In this document: piece after piece, positions 26,892 through 40,690 of the stretch
Numbering within the stretch: position 1 is the stretch's first letter
Layout: every line of letters begins with the position of its first letter
Source: Sphagnum compactum
Lineage: Eukaryota
Length of the DNA: 64,000 nt
NCBI GenBank assembly: GCA_965153455.1
Contig: OZ234493.1
Coordinates: 35,888,213 to 35,952,212, forward strand
Reading direction: 5' to 3'
The notes under the pieces: generated by a model
Databases searched by the model: none
Told to the model about the DNA's origin: nothing
What the model saw: the letters and a program-made list of their open reading frames with translations, nothing else
Made by a program: the position numbers and the translations under genes

Positions 26892-27874
26892 TCAGTGCTA
26901 TGAGCAGAACTGGTTTGGTTTCTAAGATGTAAGTAACTTGGGGCATGTATTGAGCTGCCAGGCAAACTCCATTAGTAATTAGCTTGTCTAAGAAATACAT
27001 TAGATGTTGTCATAAAATATGTTGTGTGTGTGTGTATGCGCACTAAACGTGGATGCTATAGATGGGAGACATTAAACACCCGCATCAAACTTTGTGGGGC
27101 TTGTTGCTTTTGTGCAAAATCGTGCTATAAAATTGAGATGCTCCTTTGAGGATTCAACTTCCACCAACTTCAGTGAAGTAGGATCTAGTCATTATCACTA
27201 GTAGTGCTACTTGAAACAATTGCATCAAAATTTGTACTTATTTGTAATTTTTCAGGTTTTTACTTCAACCCTATGATAGAACCGTATTGGGTGCCTGCAT
27301 GCCTCTTTTTTTTTTTTGGGGACACCCCCTCCCTATAAAGCTCAGTGGGGTGTTTAACATTCTGCACTATAGATTGGTCTGGGCTACTAGTGTTGGGTGG
27401 GTATTTGATTTTGACAATTACCAACAATTTTTGGTTTCTTAGTATTTCAGAATGAGAGAACTGTTGGGTTTCTGGACTTTGAGGAAAAACCCAAGAATCA
27501 AATAACCATCGGTTTTAGTTATTTCAAAACCTGAAAGACGCGACCACCGTTTGTCAAGGAGAAATCGTGCAAATCAAAGGCAGTGATTTCGGCTTTTTCA
27601 CATTTTTGAGAACCCTTGGTACATTAGACACAGAAAAACCTGGGTATTTGATTATTTGATAACTATGGTTACGATCCCCAAGAACTGCAGGTATGGGAAT
27701 TTGAGTTGTCCACGTTGCCTACCATTAATTTAAATGAATTCTGGAAAAAAAAAAATAGCCAACTAGGTAGCTAAATTTAACTAGAAAAAAATGGAACTCT
27801 CAAATTACACTTGGGTCAGAATGTGAAGAAACTGGAGAAAATCTGGTCCGTGACCTATCAGATAAGGAAAATGA

Positions 27875-27966
27875 GTCAATTGTAGGTGGATTAGCCATAG
27901 TAACTAGGGAACCGTGGCGTGTCAATTGTAGGTGGATTAGCCATAGTAACTAAGGAACCGTGGCGT
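27875..27966. repeat. Recent 46-bp tandem duplication
   Basis: GTCAATTGTAGGTGGATTAGCCATAGTAACTA(G/A)GGAACCGTGGCGT twice, one mismatch. Confidence 0.9.
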
Positions 27967-28791
27967 GGGTTGGGGGGGGGGGAGTAGGGAACAGGACATG
28001 ATAACTTATAACAGACAAAGTGGCCGGCCTCTTGTGAGCGTTTTGCCGTTTGCTAGCAGTTACAGCGACAGCAAGCGACGGCGCTGTCGCCCTACACTCC
28101 AACAAGCCAGCACTGTTTGTGGAAACAAGGGGTTGGTGGGAGGAAGGAAGGAAGGAAGGAAGGAAGGAAGGGATTGTTTGATTTTTGCTATAATTCACTT
28201 ACAAGAATGAATGTCCCATTTGTAGATTAACACTTGTTCCTCTTGTAATAGATTAAGTTTGCTGCCCTATTTTTGAAACAAAAATGGAGCTAGCTAGCTA
28301 TGGCTTTCTGACACATGCCCAAATACATTCAAACACTCTCCTATCTACAATTGCCCTGCACCTCTCAGAGTGAATAATGATGGTGGTGGGTCCTGTGTGA
28401 TTGATGGATTGAATGAGATGGGAAATGCCCAAAGTGTAGCAAACCATACTAGGCTACCTTGGCAGCTAGCTTCCCACACATGTTTGTTGAATAATTCATT
28501 CATTCATTCATTTTGGAATTCCTTCTTGTATTGACAAATATAAAATATTCCATGATGATTCAATGTTTTCCTTCACAAATTTTGGTCATTTGGAATTGTT
28601 TTGGAGAATTTTCAACATTGCTGAAAATAATAAAATTAAAGTCAAAAAAGCTGCCAAGGTTAGTAGAGTATTTCTGAAGCTGCATCTGATGTTGGTTTTG
28701 AAGCATTTTTGACCTTGAACTAATTGGAAAGTAGTAGTCCCAACAGAATGTGGTAGGTGGGTTGGAACTTTGTGAACTTCATGTTAACCAA

Positions 28792-29650
28792 CTAGCTATT
28801 AGTCTACCATGGACAAAAATTGTTTGCAAAAGACCCATTGCAAAGGTGATTGAGAGGAAAAAAATTGCTTGCTAGGAGGTTTAGAATTTAGATGAATCTT
28901 TTGAAGCAATAGCTAAGGTGAAGAAAAAGACATGATAAATGAGGATCATGCATGTTTTCAGAAGAAGTTAAAACACATCACATACTAGTGTTAAGATAGG
29001 ATAATCCTTTTTTTATCAGTTGTCTTGATGTTAATACTATTGCACAAGGATGGTGCAAATCTATTGTTGTAAATATTGATTAGGGATCCTAGTTGATGTT
29101 GTTACTACTTTCGTTTGTTGCACTCGCAACATCGTTACTATTTGTGTTTGTGTGATGTTACATTCTCCTTTCACATTGTTGCTACATGTTCTCGACTCAT
29201 CTTTAGTTTTTTCATCCTACTATGGTTTACTCTTAGCTATTGATCTTCTTATTCCTTTTTTTTCTTTTTCTTCTTCCCCTCCTCCATTTCCATATCTATT
29301 AATTGTTCAATTTAAAATGCAAGAACAACAACTTCATGTTCACTAGATGCCAAGAAAAATTGGAAGATTTTTGGAGCTTCGTTGCATGAACTTCATGGAT
29401 ACCCATTAGTTCCTAGTTGTTAGGGAAAATTGCATTTATAGTTCCAGGAGCATGAGCTTCATGCTAGCTAGCTATTAATCTACGATGGACAAAAATGTTC
29501 ACAAAAATACCCATTGCAAAGTTAATTAAGAAGAAAAAATGCTTGTTAAGAGGTTCAAAATTTAGATGAATCTTTTACGACTATATTTGTGGTGAAAAAA
29601 AAAGACAAGATGAATGAAGATCGTGCATGTTTTTAAAGAAGCTAAGAAGA
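28792..29650. repeat. Direct repeat pair (~180 bp): 28792-28970 and 29468-29650
   Basis: TAGCTATTA.TCTAC.ATGGACAAAAAT...CCCATTGCAAA...AATTTAGATGAATCTTT...GATC.TGCATGTTTT is present in both. Confidence 0.75.
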
Positions 29651-30959
29651 AATAGGTTAAAGACGAATATAACATATTGGTGTGAAAATGGGATATTGCC
29701 AGTAGGAGAACATCACAATCACAACGCTTATGCCCAATAGAAACCCTAGCTGCTAATTTTTTGAAATAAAACCTAATCCTTCCAACTTTTGGCATTTGAA
29801 ATTTTTTTGGCAATCTAGGCAATTAATTTTGAAAAAAAAAACATATATTGAAAATAATTTAATTAATACCAAAATGGTAAAGGTATTATGGTAATACATC
29901 AGGCATGCATGAAAGGTTGCAAAAGATAACATCGAAACGCATGTTTAATGGAATATCTAATGAGTGTTGGGGGTATTGCATTATCCTCCAAAACTTTGTT
30001 GAAGTTCTTTTACTTGTTTCGAATTATTGTTATTTGTTAAAATTATATGTTTTGTTAGTTACAATTGCACATACCAAATATTAGGTTAAAATTTTTGAAC
30101 CATTGAAACCTACATTTGTGCAAAACCATCATTGCATACAATCACCATCTTATACGATAGCCCCCAATTCAATACTCACATAGAAATAATGCATATTTTT
30201 CATTGTATGTTTTCATGGTTTATGTAATACCTTCATGATGATCAAAACCATCCCCTCCCAATCCAAGGCATAGATAAAATACCCAGGTGAGAATATTGCA
30301 TATAATTTAGATTTTTTCAAAGTTTGTGCCCTCAAAACATTTGAAAGACAATGTTCCAATCCAAGGAATATATGAAATATCCACATGAGAGTATTGTATA
30401 CACTCTGAATTTTTTAAGTTTATGCAAAATGTTGACAAAAAATTTAAATGTTGCAATACTTTCATTTTGTTTCTTTCGTCATTGTTTTCAGTAGTTGTGA
30501 GGTTGTTTGGAAAAACAACTAGGAAAGTAGGTGCAACCATGAAGGTGAGGTTTGGTAGGTACCTACTTCAATTTCTAGTAGGTAGGAAGGTGAAAGTGTG
30601 GGGGAGAAATAATTACACAATAAATTGGAATACCGTTAGTTGAGCTCATTGCTATATGGGTGGGTAGGTAGGTTGGTAAGTAGATGGGTGGGCGTGTAGG
30701 GTGGGAAGGTGAGACTAAATGGGGGCAAAAACAATTCATTGGCCATTTCAACGCATGTCCATCAAATAATTAATTAATTTTGGAAAATTCATTTCAAGAA
30801 ATGAAATATTCCTAAATATTCACTATTTTCCTTCACAATATTTTTTTTTTGATTTGGAAGAAACGAATTTTTTTAAAAATCAAGATTTTTGAAAATAATA
30901 TAATTAGTGTCGAATTGGCCAAGGTACTAGGGTGGTAGCTTAAGGGATGTTGGCCCCTT

Positions 30960-31934
30960 GGTAATAGGTCTATTTTTTACATGAGGATTTTTGAAAGATA
31001 ATATTTTGGCTTGTGTTGGAAGTTGAGATTAGTTATAGAGTTATAATATATCTTGAAGGATTTTGGTTTCTTTTAGAGGATTTTTGGAAGATTATGTTTT
31101 TGCATGGTGAAATATTTGAGTTTCCATAATTCTTCTTTTTGCCTTAAGATAACCCTTTTTAATGTAAATGGCAAGGCCACAATGTGACACACCCCCTTGT
31201 TTTTTCACTTTTGTGGTGTAGCCACAGTGGCAACCATCCATAGTGTTCTAAAACCCTAGTCCAAAAACCCTATTGAACTTGTGTGCCCTACCCTAACACC
31301 ATCCCCACACCCATTACTTTGGATGAAGTCCCACCTTTAAATAGTGTGAAACTAAGTTCGCGCTTTTTGAAAACAATGCCCATGATACAAAGAAAATGAG
31401 TATTTTAAAGTAAAGTCTCATTTTATAGTGTTCAATTTGGCTTATTCGTCTTGTGGATGATTGCCACTATGACTATATCACAAAATTGAAAAAAAAAAAA
31501 ACCGTGATGGATGGATGGATGGATGGATGGTCTTAGAAGTGGTTGAAAGTTTTCTACTAATTGACAAGAGAAATATTGAAGGATTGATTGGGTAGCCTAC
31601 ATCCATCCTGGACTTTGTTGGCCTTGCGTACTACCAAGGCAAGGATATTGTGTTTAGATTCATCATAGAGTATAGCAGCTTAAGGGATTTTGGCCCATAC
31701 TAGGTAATAGGCTTATTTTCATATGAGGATTTTTGAAAGATGATATTTTGGCTTGCATTGAAACTTGAGATTAGTTATAGAACTATAATATCTTGAAGGA
31801 TTTTGGTTTCTTTTGAAGGATTTTTTGAAGACTATATTTTTGCACAAGTGAAATATTTGAGTTTCTTCTTTTGCCTTAAGATACAACTTTATAATGTAAA
31901 TGGCAAGGCCACAATTTGACACACCACCTTGTTT
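30960..31934. repeat. Direct repeat pair (~235 bp): 30960-31202 and 31703-31934
   Basis: GGTAATAGG...GAGGATTTTTGAAAGAT...TTGAAGGATTTTGGTTTCTTT...AATGTAAATGGCAAGGCCACAAT.TGACACACC is present in both. Confidence 0.85.
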
Positions 31935-33001
31935 GGTGTTTTTTTGTGTGTAATTTAAACAATAATAGGTAGATAGATGTACAACATCTTATCTATTGGC
32001 AGGGCCAATGTATGTGTTTGTGATGCCTTCTTGTTCTTCCACTACTTTTAGTCACCCAATGTTGTCTTGTATGCTTACAAGATTCTCTTTGGCAGCCCCC
32101 ATTGTTGCCTTGTAATATGCTTCCAACAAGAGTGTCTCTTTGGTGGCCCAATGTTGTCTTATTAGGTACCTACATGTGGTGTGCAAGTGACTAGTGTCTT
32201 TTTAAAATTGAAATAATGAAAAATTGAAAAACAAAACTCCCCAATAAATTAGAAAATTTTGTGGAATTTATGTATGGGAGAAAAAAATTGCCATTTTTGA
32301 GTTTTAGGAAAAAAAAAACCCCATGAAATTTCGGATTAAAAATAAATAAATCTGCTGTTTTCCCATGTTGAAGTTTGGTAAAAGAAAGAGCACCTTATCT
32401 AAGTACATCTCCACCAAGACCCCTTTATTTGGTCCTTTAGGATCTCTTTTTGAGCAGTTATAGGGTGTGGGTAATCGAGGTAGACTGAATGTATAAGGTT
32501 AATAGTTGGAAGCTTAGGGAGAAGGGCAGATGGAGAAGGGTTTTTCCAATAAGTAGGGTGTTCTTTGGAAGGGTTATTAGTCCAGGCCAAAACTCGTGGC
32601 AGCCAATTGTAGGAATAGAGAATTTTCATGCAACCAATGAGAAGTGGCACCATGGAGTGAAGGGTCCTCCGTTTTCTTTAAGGATCTCTTACATGGTTCC
32701 TAAAGGACTCAGATAAGTCCCCTACAGATACCAGGAGAGCACCTTATGTTCACAAATATCCCGCTCAAACAAGAGATCCCATATGCATAAAGACCTTGCC
32801 CCTTTTTTTTAACACGGAAATTGTAATCTTGCAAATGGGTACTAGGGAGGGGAGGGGAGGGGAGGGGAGGGGGGGGGGGGAAACATTTTGGAACCATGGG
32901 TACTCAGTCTCATGTACTCTCTACCTCATACCCTCTACATCCCATGAATCCAATGCTTTGCATCCTACATCCACATCCACAATAGTGCTTTATCGTATTA
33001 A

Positions 33002-33223
33002 AGGTGCATTCACACTTGGTGTTAAAAGACTCTAATGTTGAGTCCTCTAACACCATGCTAGTCATTTAGGACTTAAAAAACTTACTCACCATGAAAATGT
33101 TATGTTAAGTTAACATTCACTTAACATTAGGCTATCATCCATTTAACATTTGGGTGCCACCTAGGATGCCATCTAGATTTTTCATTTAACACTGACTTAA
33201 CTTCATCGAGTGTAAATGCACCA
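33002..33223. mobile_element. Tourist-like (PIF/Harbinger) MITE
   Basis: TIRs GGTGCATTCACACTTGGTG ... CATCGAGTGTAAATGCACC; flanked by TAA (32999-33001) and TAA (33224-33226). Confidence 0.75.
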
Positions 33224-34244
33224 TAAGTATGATTAGGTTTCAACCTTATTAGGTCAAGAGGTATGCCACAAAAGAAGGTTCAATAGAGGCCAAAAGCCAT
33301 AGGTATATCAAAACCAGTTTTGTTTGGCAATAAAATTTATTGGCTGGAAGGTCTAACACTAGGCTAATAATAGAGTATCTCATTGAGGGTTGAGTGGCCA
33401 TCTCATTGTTGCTTATAAATAATAGAAGCACAAACTCCACTAACTCTCTAAACACCAAACTCATTTAGGACATGTTTTCATTAGTCATGTGATTCACGAA
33501 TGTACCATACCAACGACTTTCCATTATAATTCACCCTCCGGTTGTGATCACAATCACCTCATATCTCTGCAAGTCAATGTCGACCAAAATACAAAAGTTG
33601 TGAGAGCTACGAGTCAAACTATGAATCGTTAAATGTTGACATTTATGCCCCTTTTATTATATGAAAGCATTTGTATTTTTAAAGTTCTCAAAAAAGGTTC
33701 CCGACAATACAATAATAGACCCTAACTACCCGTTCCCAATATTCCTAACATACACAATTTCAAAATAGTTGCACTTTCCAATTACAATGGAAAAGTACAT
33801 GAAAATTTTTAATCACTTTCCATTGCTTTGTTGTAGTCATAGTTTCTCATGTTGTAGTCATAAGAAACTATGATGACCACGTAATGGGAAGATGCCGTTA
33901 CGAGTAAACTGCAGATGAATGAACATTATTATACAAAAGAAGTGATGTCCATCATTTGTTGTGACACATATCCGATGTCAATCAAAGTCCCAATTTGCTC
34001 ATTGGAGCCAACTTTGAGCATTTGTGGCTTGTTGTTTGGCCCTAAGTTACTAACAAGCAGCTCATTGTGTAATGGCTCTACCCAATGTTATATGACCATG
34101 ATCAATATTTTATTTCAAATATCAACTCCTTAGGAAGGAAAATAAAGAATCTTTAGGAATATTTTTATTTTTCGAAATTGAATGTTTCAAAATTTATTAA
34201 TTGTTTGGGAGGCATGTGCCAAACTTGCCAAGGTGCTACAATAT

Positions 34245-34600
34245 ATGGAATATTTGGAATCGAAAATTTTGAAAACTGAAATGTTTGAATTCCAATGTGT
34301 GAATATTGAAAGCTAAAAAATTGAAATTTGTATGTGAAATGTTTGGAATCGAAAATTTTGAGAACTAAAAATGTTTGAATTGGGATGTGTGAATACTTTA
34401 AAGCTGAAAACTGAAGTTTGAAATTTGAAATCTCTATACGAAGCGTTTGACATTTGAAAATTTGAAAACTGAGATGTTTGAATTTGGATGTGTGAATATT
34501 GAAAGTTGAAAACTAAAAACCAAAATGTCTGAATAATAATGAAAACTGAACACTGAAATGTCTGAATATTGAAATCTTTATATGAAATGTTTGAAATTTT
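34245..34600. repeat. Degenerate tandem repeat (GAAAACTGAAATGTTTGAATT..ATGTGTGAATATTGAAAG)
   Basis: Units recur at about 34270, 34360, 34465 and 34540. Confidence 0.75.
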
Positions 34601-37600
34601 AAATTACATCTTACACCAATAACAAAAGAGTTTTAATGCGAACCTTGCCTCTGTAAATAAACTCTCATCATCTCATGTGGGAAGTTCATCAAATAAGTCA
34701 TGGACCCAAAACTTTTCATCCTCGGATTCTCATAGCTTCTTCCCCCCCATATTGCGTCTGCATTCCAAGACCAAATAATGTCAACCTTGTTCATCGTCTA
34801 CTTTTTCAAAAAAAATTGGCAACCCAGATAAAAGTTCACCCATTATGAATGGCCACTCTCATTGTTTCACTCTAATGAACATTTTCACTTGAATCCTTGT
34901 TGCTTTTGTCAATTGGAAAATGCTTGAATTCTGTGGGAGTAATGGTACCTTGATCACCATTGAAAGTATCCACATTAGGTTTTGTCAGAAGAGATATACC
35001 ATACAGGCTAGTTTACTTGTCTTGATGAATAGGACCTCCAACTCAAAAGGATTTTGATTTTCTCAAAATGATCTAGAGGGCCCAGTTCCTTGATTGCCAT
35101 TTGAATTTGCACTGCCCCAACATTTGCTTGCATTCTACAATTCTCTTTCAGAATGACTACATAATTTACATTTTCAGGGGTAGGAAATTGCTACAAACAC
35201 CAAGAATCATACGTCAATAACATTTTTTCTCCAAATCACTCCTTTTTTGCGACATCAGTCAATGTGGACATAGATGGGTTTTATAGGCAATACCAATTTA
35301 TCAACAACATGGACCATATATAACAAGATCGTACATTGTACATAATGCGAAAAATCTGAAAAAATCTTAAATTTTTATGGATTTCCAACAAAGCCTTGAC
35401 ACAAGGTAAAGTGAGACAAATGGACTATTGTGTGTGTACCTTTTCAAGTCTGCCATGATCAAAGACTCCCAAAATAGTAGTAGAAAAATCAAACATCTGT
35501 TGCTCCATAAGTTCAACCATAGGTAGATATGCCAACCCCAACTCAACATCTGCCTCATACATGTTTCATGTGACCACACCCCATTCACAAAAGGCTTTAA
35601 GTGAGGAATTCAAAACACATACTGTGCATATATATTAGTTATTGCAAACCTCTCAATTCACAAGAAATGTACTGGAACAACACTCAAATTTTTAACATTG
35701 TTTATGTCATGCATAGTATATGTTAGTGTAATGTGTTATATATTAGTTAATGCACATTACACCACATTTACATGTGGTAAAGGACTTTTGAAATTTGAAA
35801 ATTTTGAAAAATACTTTGAATTTTTAAAATTTTAAAATTCTATATCTTTTTTATTGTGAATGTTTTTAAAATGTGGGTAATAGGTTACTAACATTTTATT
35901 TTTATTTTTACCATCAAAATTATGTTATTACAATAGTCCTTTACCTAGTGCTTTGTAAAATTAACCATAATTTGATGCAACACATGTTCAAATTCAAACG
36001 TCTTTTACTAAAACCAAAACCCAATATTTAATTTAATGAATTTCTAATTTGAATTCCTCAACATTCATATTAGCCATTTAGAAAAAATTGGAATGATTAA
36101 CTTAACTTTAAAATGTCCCAAAAAAAAAAAAAAGTAAAAAAGTTCACAATTTTCACCACTATCCAACATGGTTTTTGGTTCTTATGTGTGTACCTGCACC
36201 CTTTTGGGCTTTATAATTTTTTTGTGTGTGCCTACAATTAGAATAATCTCATATTAAAAAATAAAATTATCTAAAAATATTGAATATTACATAAATGTCC
36301 TTTTGAATCCTTTTAAAACTATATGTGAATTGTCTTAATTGCAATATTTTGTATAAGGAATCAAAAGGAATGCATTAAATAACATAATTGACTTCAACTT
36401 TTGTTTATGAATAAAAGTTACATCTTTGTTTAACAATGTTCATCAATTATAAGCCATATGATAATTTTGAAGGCCACAAAATTCCTTTTATAGGGTTACA
36501 TGGAAAAAGATTATTTCATTTGGCCATTTGGCTATTTTTTGTATACATTGGGCTTGAAATTTGTAGCCCCATGTGCATGTCATGTGCAGGAAGAAATCAT
36601 GCAAAAAATTAATTAAGTTGAATATATAAGCATTTTTTGCATTTATAGATTTACAACAAAATATTGATGCATAACAATGTACGCACATGAAAAATCATCA
36701 CCACCATATAATTACGTTACTTTGAATTGTTGGACTTATTCAATTAAGTTTGTTCTATGTAAAAACATTTCTTGGTAATAATGAAAAAAAATCCTATATA
36801 TGCCTATGGTTATTGGGGCCACCCAAAAAAATATTAAATCCACAATTATAAAAGTATAATTAATTAGTTAAATATTTTTATCATATTTTCATTCATAGAA
36901 TGGGGCTTAGTATGAGGTATCCCATTGTAGACTTTTATATAGTCGAATTGAAATTGAAGATCATGCTACAATATATTACATCCATAACCATACACAAACA
37001 ACATCCGCTACAATTTTGACACCTAAAAAACAGAAACCAAACACAAAATATCATCCGATTAAACATGTGGTTCCAACAAGTTGTGTTTTGCATGTGGATA
37101 AACCATTGATATGTAGTTTACTTTGATTTGGATGAACAAATTTAGTTTGTTAAAGATTCATAACCAAATTAACAAGTGGATGTGCTCATGTCTTTTATCG
37201 ATTAGACATCCAAATAGTTTTTGTTTTTGGCAATTTGTTGTTAGAATGTGATGAATAAAAATACCCTATGAAATGACCTTTTTTAAATATATATTTAAAA
37301 TAATATTACCTAAAAGTCCTCCCTCCTACCACATGTAGTGGCATTATTAACTATCATGATTATGCAATGTCAGTCGAAGACAACACATTGTTACTTTGTA
37401 CCATTGCCATCAACACAAAAGGAAAAAGCAATAGTTGTCATTATCATGATACCTCAAGCGCATGATGCGCCAATCCCACTCATTCAATAAATCTATGTTC
37501 GCCAATCTTGCCATTGAATAAACATGCATTTGCCAATCCCATCATTGAACAAACCTCCTTTCACCATACACCTTGTCACTAACCAAATGGCCATTTCCAA

Positions 37601-38179
37601 TCCTTGTTATTCAATAGAAATTAGATTGTTCGGGTCAAGATCCTTGCATTGTTGGATGTGTTAGTCACCAATTTGTACATACTTTTTGAATCTCTCTCCC
37701 ATTTGACCCCCCCAAACTTCAAAGCTCAAGAGTCAAAAGTTTTTGTCAAAGGCTTTAAGTATTATATTTTGTTTGAATCATGTTTGTGTGCAAATTCTCT
37801 TCTCTTGTTGGCAACAATAGTTTAAGGTTGGGATGGTTTAGTGTTCACATGATTGTAATTTGCATAATTGTGAAGCACAACAAGCAAGAATACCATTAGT
37901 AAGTTTGTACTTGATGCAATGTTGTGTTTGTTGTAAGTTTAGGATGAATGAAATGAATTGCAATGCACAACCTTAAGCAAGTCACAAAGCACATTTCAAT
38001 CAACCTCTTTTCCCTTTCTCTGTCCCTCTTATTTCATCTTGTTTTTTGTGTTTATGCATGTGGTATTAGGGTTATTATCTATTGCATTCTTGTAGTTCTT
38101 GTCTTTTGCATGTAAGGTTTGCCAATATGCAATGATTCTACTCTGTGTGCTTAATTTTTTGTAATTTAGGTTGTTTTTT

Positions 38180-40690
38180 AATGAACCTGAGCCCAATTCA
38201 ACTTCAGATTCATTGCCCCTTGTTGGATCTAGCACTCCAAAAGTTTTGAGTAGTACTCCAAGTTTGATTCCTTAATCAAGTAACAATTTTGATAAGAAAG
38301 ATGGAGAGGAGCATATTGATGTTCTTGAACCTTCAAGAGGTCTTCTAAAAAAGCCTATGTGTTTCAAGATAGATGGGCTTGTCATTTTCCATGTGTAGAA
38401 TCAATTGTTGGGGGAATGGCTTGGTCATTTAGGTTTAATGCATAATTTATAACAAGATTAGGGAAATATGAAATTGTTAATTCCCAAGCTTGACATGCTT
38501 TAAAAGCATGTTGGCCATTGAAAAACAACAATATAGCTACTTTGAGCATTTTCATTGGGGAAATTATTATTCCAACCAAGATGTAATAGATTGCAAAAAT
38601 TAAAAGATTTTCTATGAGTGTAATTTTGAGTCTATCATGACCTCAGTATAATCTGAAATTCATTTGAGGGTTTGGAAAAAAATTATTCAATTTGCTTTTG
38701 TTTTACACATTTTCCTGCATGAAAACCTATGTTGTATGAGTCATTGAGGGAGTTACTGTTGTTGCTAAAGGTCAAAAACACCTCACTAAAGCAATAGTCA
38801 AATAATAGTGGCTGGAAAATTGCAACGACCATGCACAATGTGGTCCTCTCCAACGCAATGTATGTTATTTCAAAGGCTAAATATGAAGTTAACTAGAGGT
38901 TAATTTCATATGTTGTCGTTAGTGGAGATGAAATGACCATTGTCAATGTTCAATTGTGGATTAGTAGCCATGTATGTGGGATGAAGAATTGGAAACATGT
39001 TTCAATTTTGTTGACACTCAAAAAGGTCGAGGCAATTGCAACCTTAAACAACATTAAGGGTGTTAGTTTGGATGCCATGGGTGGATATGGGGGCCTTATA
39101 GATGAAGCCATGGCCTCCAAATGGATTTGCCTTAAATGTGATAATGATTCAATGTTTCATGGCATTTGGTTTGGGGTGATTACACAAACAAGGGAACAAA
39201 TCGCCCTTTACCTTATTGGTGTGCATTGTGTGGCATATTAAACCAACCTAATTGTCTTGGTTTTGAGCAAGTTGTCCTTGGTTACACACATTGAAAATAT
39301 GTTATAATCCTTGTATGTGTTTTTCACATAGTCCAAAGAAGATATTCGAATTTGTGAACCTACCAAAATGTCGGAAACAAAGGGTTTGAAGTTTTTGTGC
39401 AATGTTAAAACTTGTCAGATATCACTACTTAGTTCTTTGAAGGTAGGTGTTACTGGAATACAAATCGCTTGTTGTTAATATGCACATGAATGCACCAAAG
39501 AGGAAGTTTGTTTAAGAATATATATATATATAGATATTTAATGTGATTTGGAGCTAGTTTTAGGGTTGCCATGCACCTTTCCAATGTTGGAAATGGTGCA
39601 CACTTTGATCAAATTTGTTCAAAGATGAGATGTTTTAATTATTTGTGAATTCGTTGATGCGTTGAAATTGGTAGAGTTCAAACTATCCGCTTTATGTTGA
39701 TCCACTTTGTACATATGATGATTTTGATATCAATGAATTCATTATTGTTTTTGAACATCGAGTGTGTAGTTGCCCTTCACTTGGGTTTCACTTGGGTTTC
39801 ACATGATTTCAATGGTAATTTTTACTTGTTGCCATACTTGACCTTTAGCATTGGTGGCCAAAATTATGAACTCCATCATTGTGGCACTAGAAGAAAAAAT
39901 TTCATTTGCAACCAATTTTTCTAACTAAATATTATCATTTGCAACTAAAAAGTAGTTGTCCACAACATTTTTTAATTGCAAACAATACTTTTTAGTTGCA
40001 AAAATTGGTGCAAATAATGATTTTTCTTCTAGAAGGAGGTTTTAATGGAGTTTATGTTCATGTGAATTTGACTAATCATTGTGCCATGCTTGAAATAATG
40101 AAGGTTGCATGTTCAAAAGCTTCAACAAACTTGTGTGTTGAGTTGTTTCGATGGTTCCTTGATGCTGATACCATGGTAGCCCTTGGCATGGTGTACCCAC
40201 AATATTGATTATGTGAAAAAAATATGTTAATAACTTCCTCCCCATCAAAATCAAATTAAGGTTGCATTTTGTTTTCATAAGAAGATAAGGGGGGTGTTGT
40301 GGTTCTTGGGCTTTTGGATTCAAGGTTGTTGGATGTGTAAGCTTCTTACTTCAAACTCACATGAATCATAACGTTGAGGTAGTGATGCAAGAATGATAGA
40401 TGTGAACCCAATGACTCAAATGTGTTTGAAAATCTTCTTCATTTTTGGTTTAGGAACTAAATGAGTAGATGAAGGTTGTAGACATAGTCATGGTGCAAGT
40501 GTTGGGTTTGGTCATGGATAAAAAGACCTTCAACAACTTAGCTTACATGAAAAGTAGGTTGTGTAGTTGATTAACCACACATTTCGACTTGTGTGTGTGA
40601 ATGTTCATGTATAATTTCTACACAATTTCTACTTTTCCATTTGATGTAGCCATTGCAACATTGGAAGGAAGTTTGCATTAGGTACCTAGT
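38180..40690 (+). pseudogene. hAT-superfamily (ZNF862-like) transposase relic
   Basis: Fragments FQDRWACHFP..LLIPKLDML*KHVG; SGDEMT...WISSHV...IGVHCVAY*TNL..LSKL..HIENML*SLY.FF..SPK; C-terminal MVQVLG..DKKTFNNLAYMKSRL..LTTHFDLCV (hAT dimerisation-like). Many stops and frameshifts. Confidence 0.8.
39885..40034. mobile_element. ~150-bp mini CACTA-like inverted-repeat element inserted in the hAT relic
   Basis: Starts CACTAGAAGAAAAAAT..TTTGCAACCAATTTT and ends AAAATTGGTGCAAAT..ATTTTTCTTCTAGAA; internal TTGCAACTAAAA motifs are shared with the 16178 and 51940 termini; no clean TSD. Confidence 0.55.

Noticed and set aside
33240-35620. Possible decayed coding sequence of another transposon
   Set aside because: I could not recover diagnostic motifs by manual translation, so it is left unassigned.
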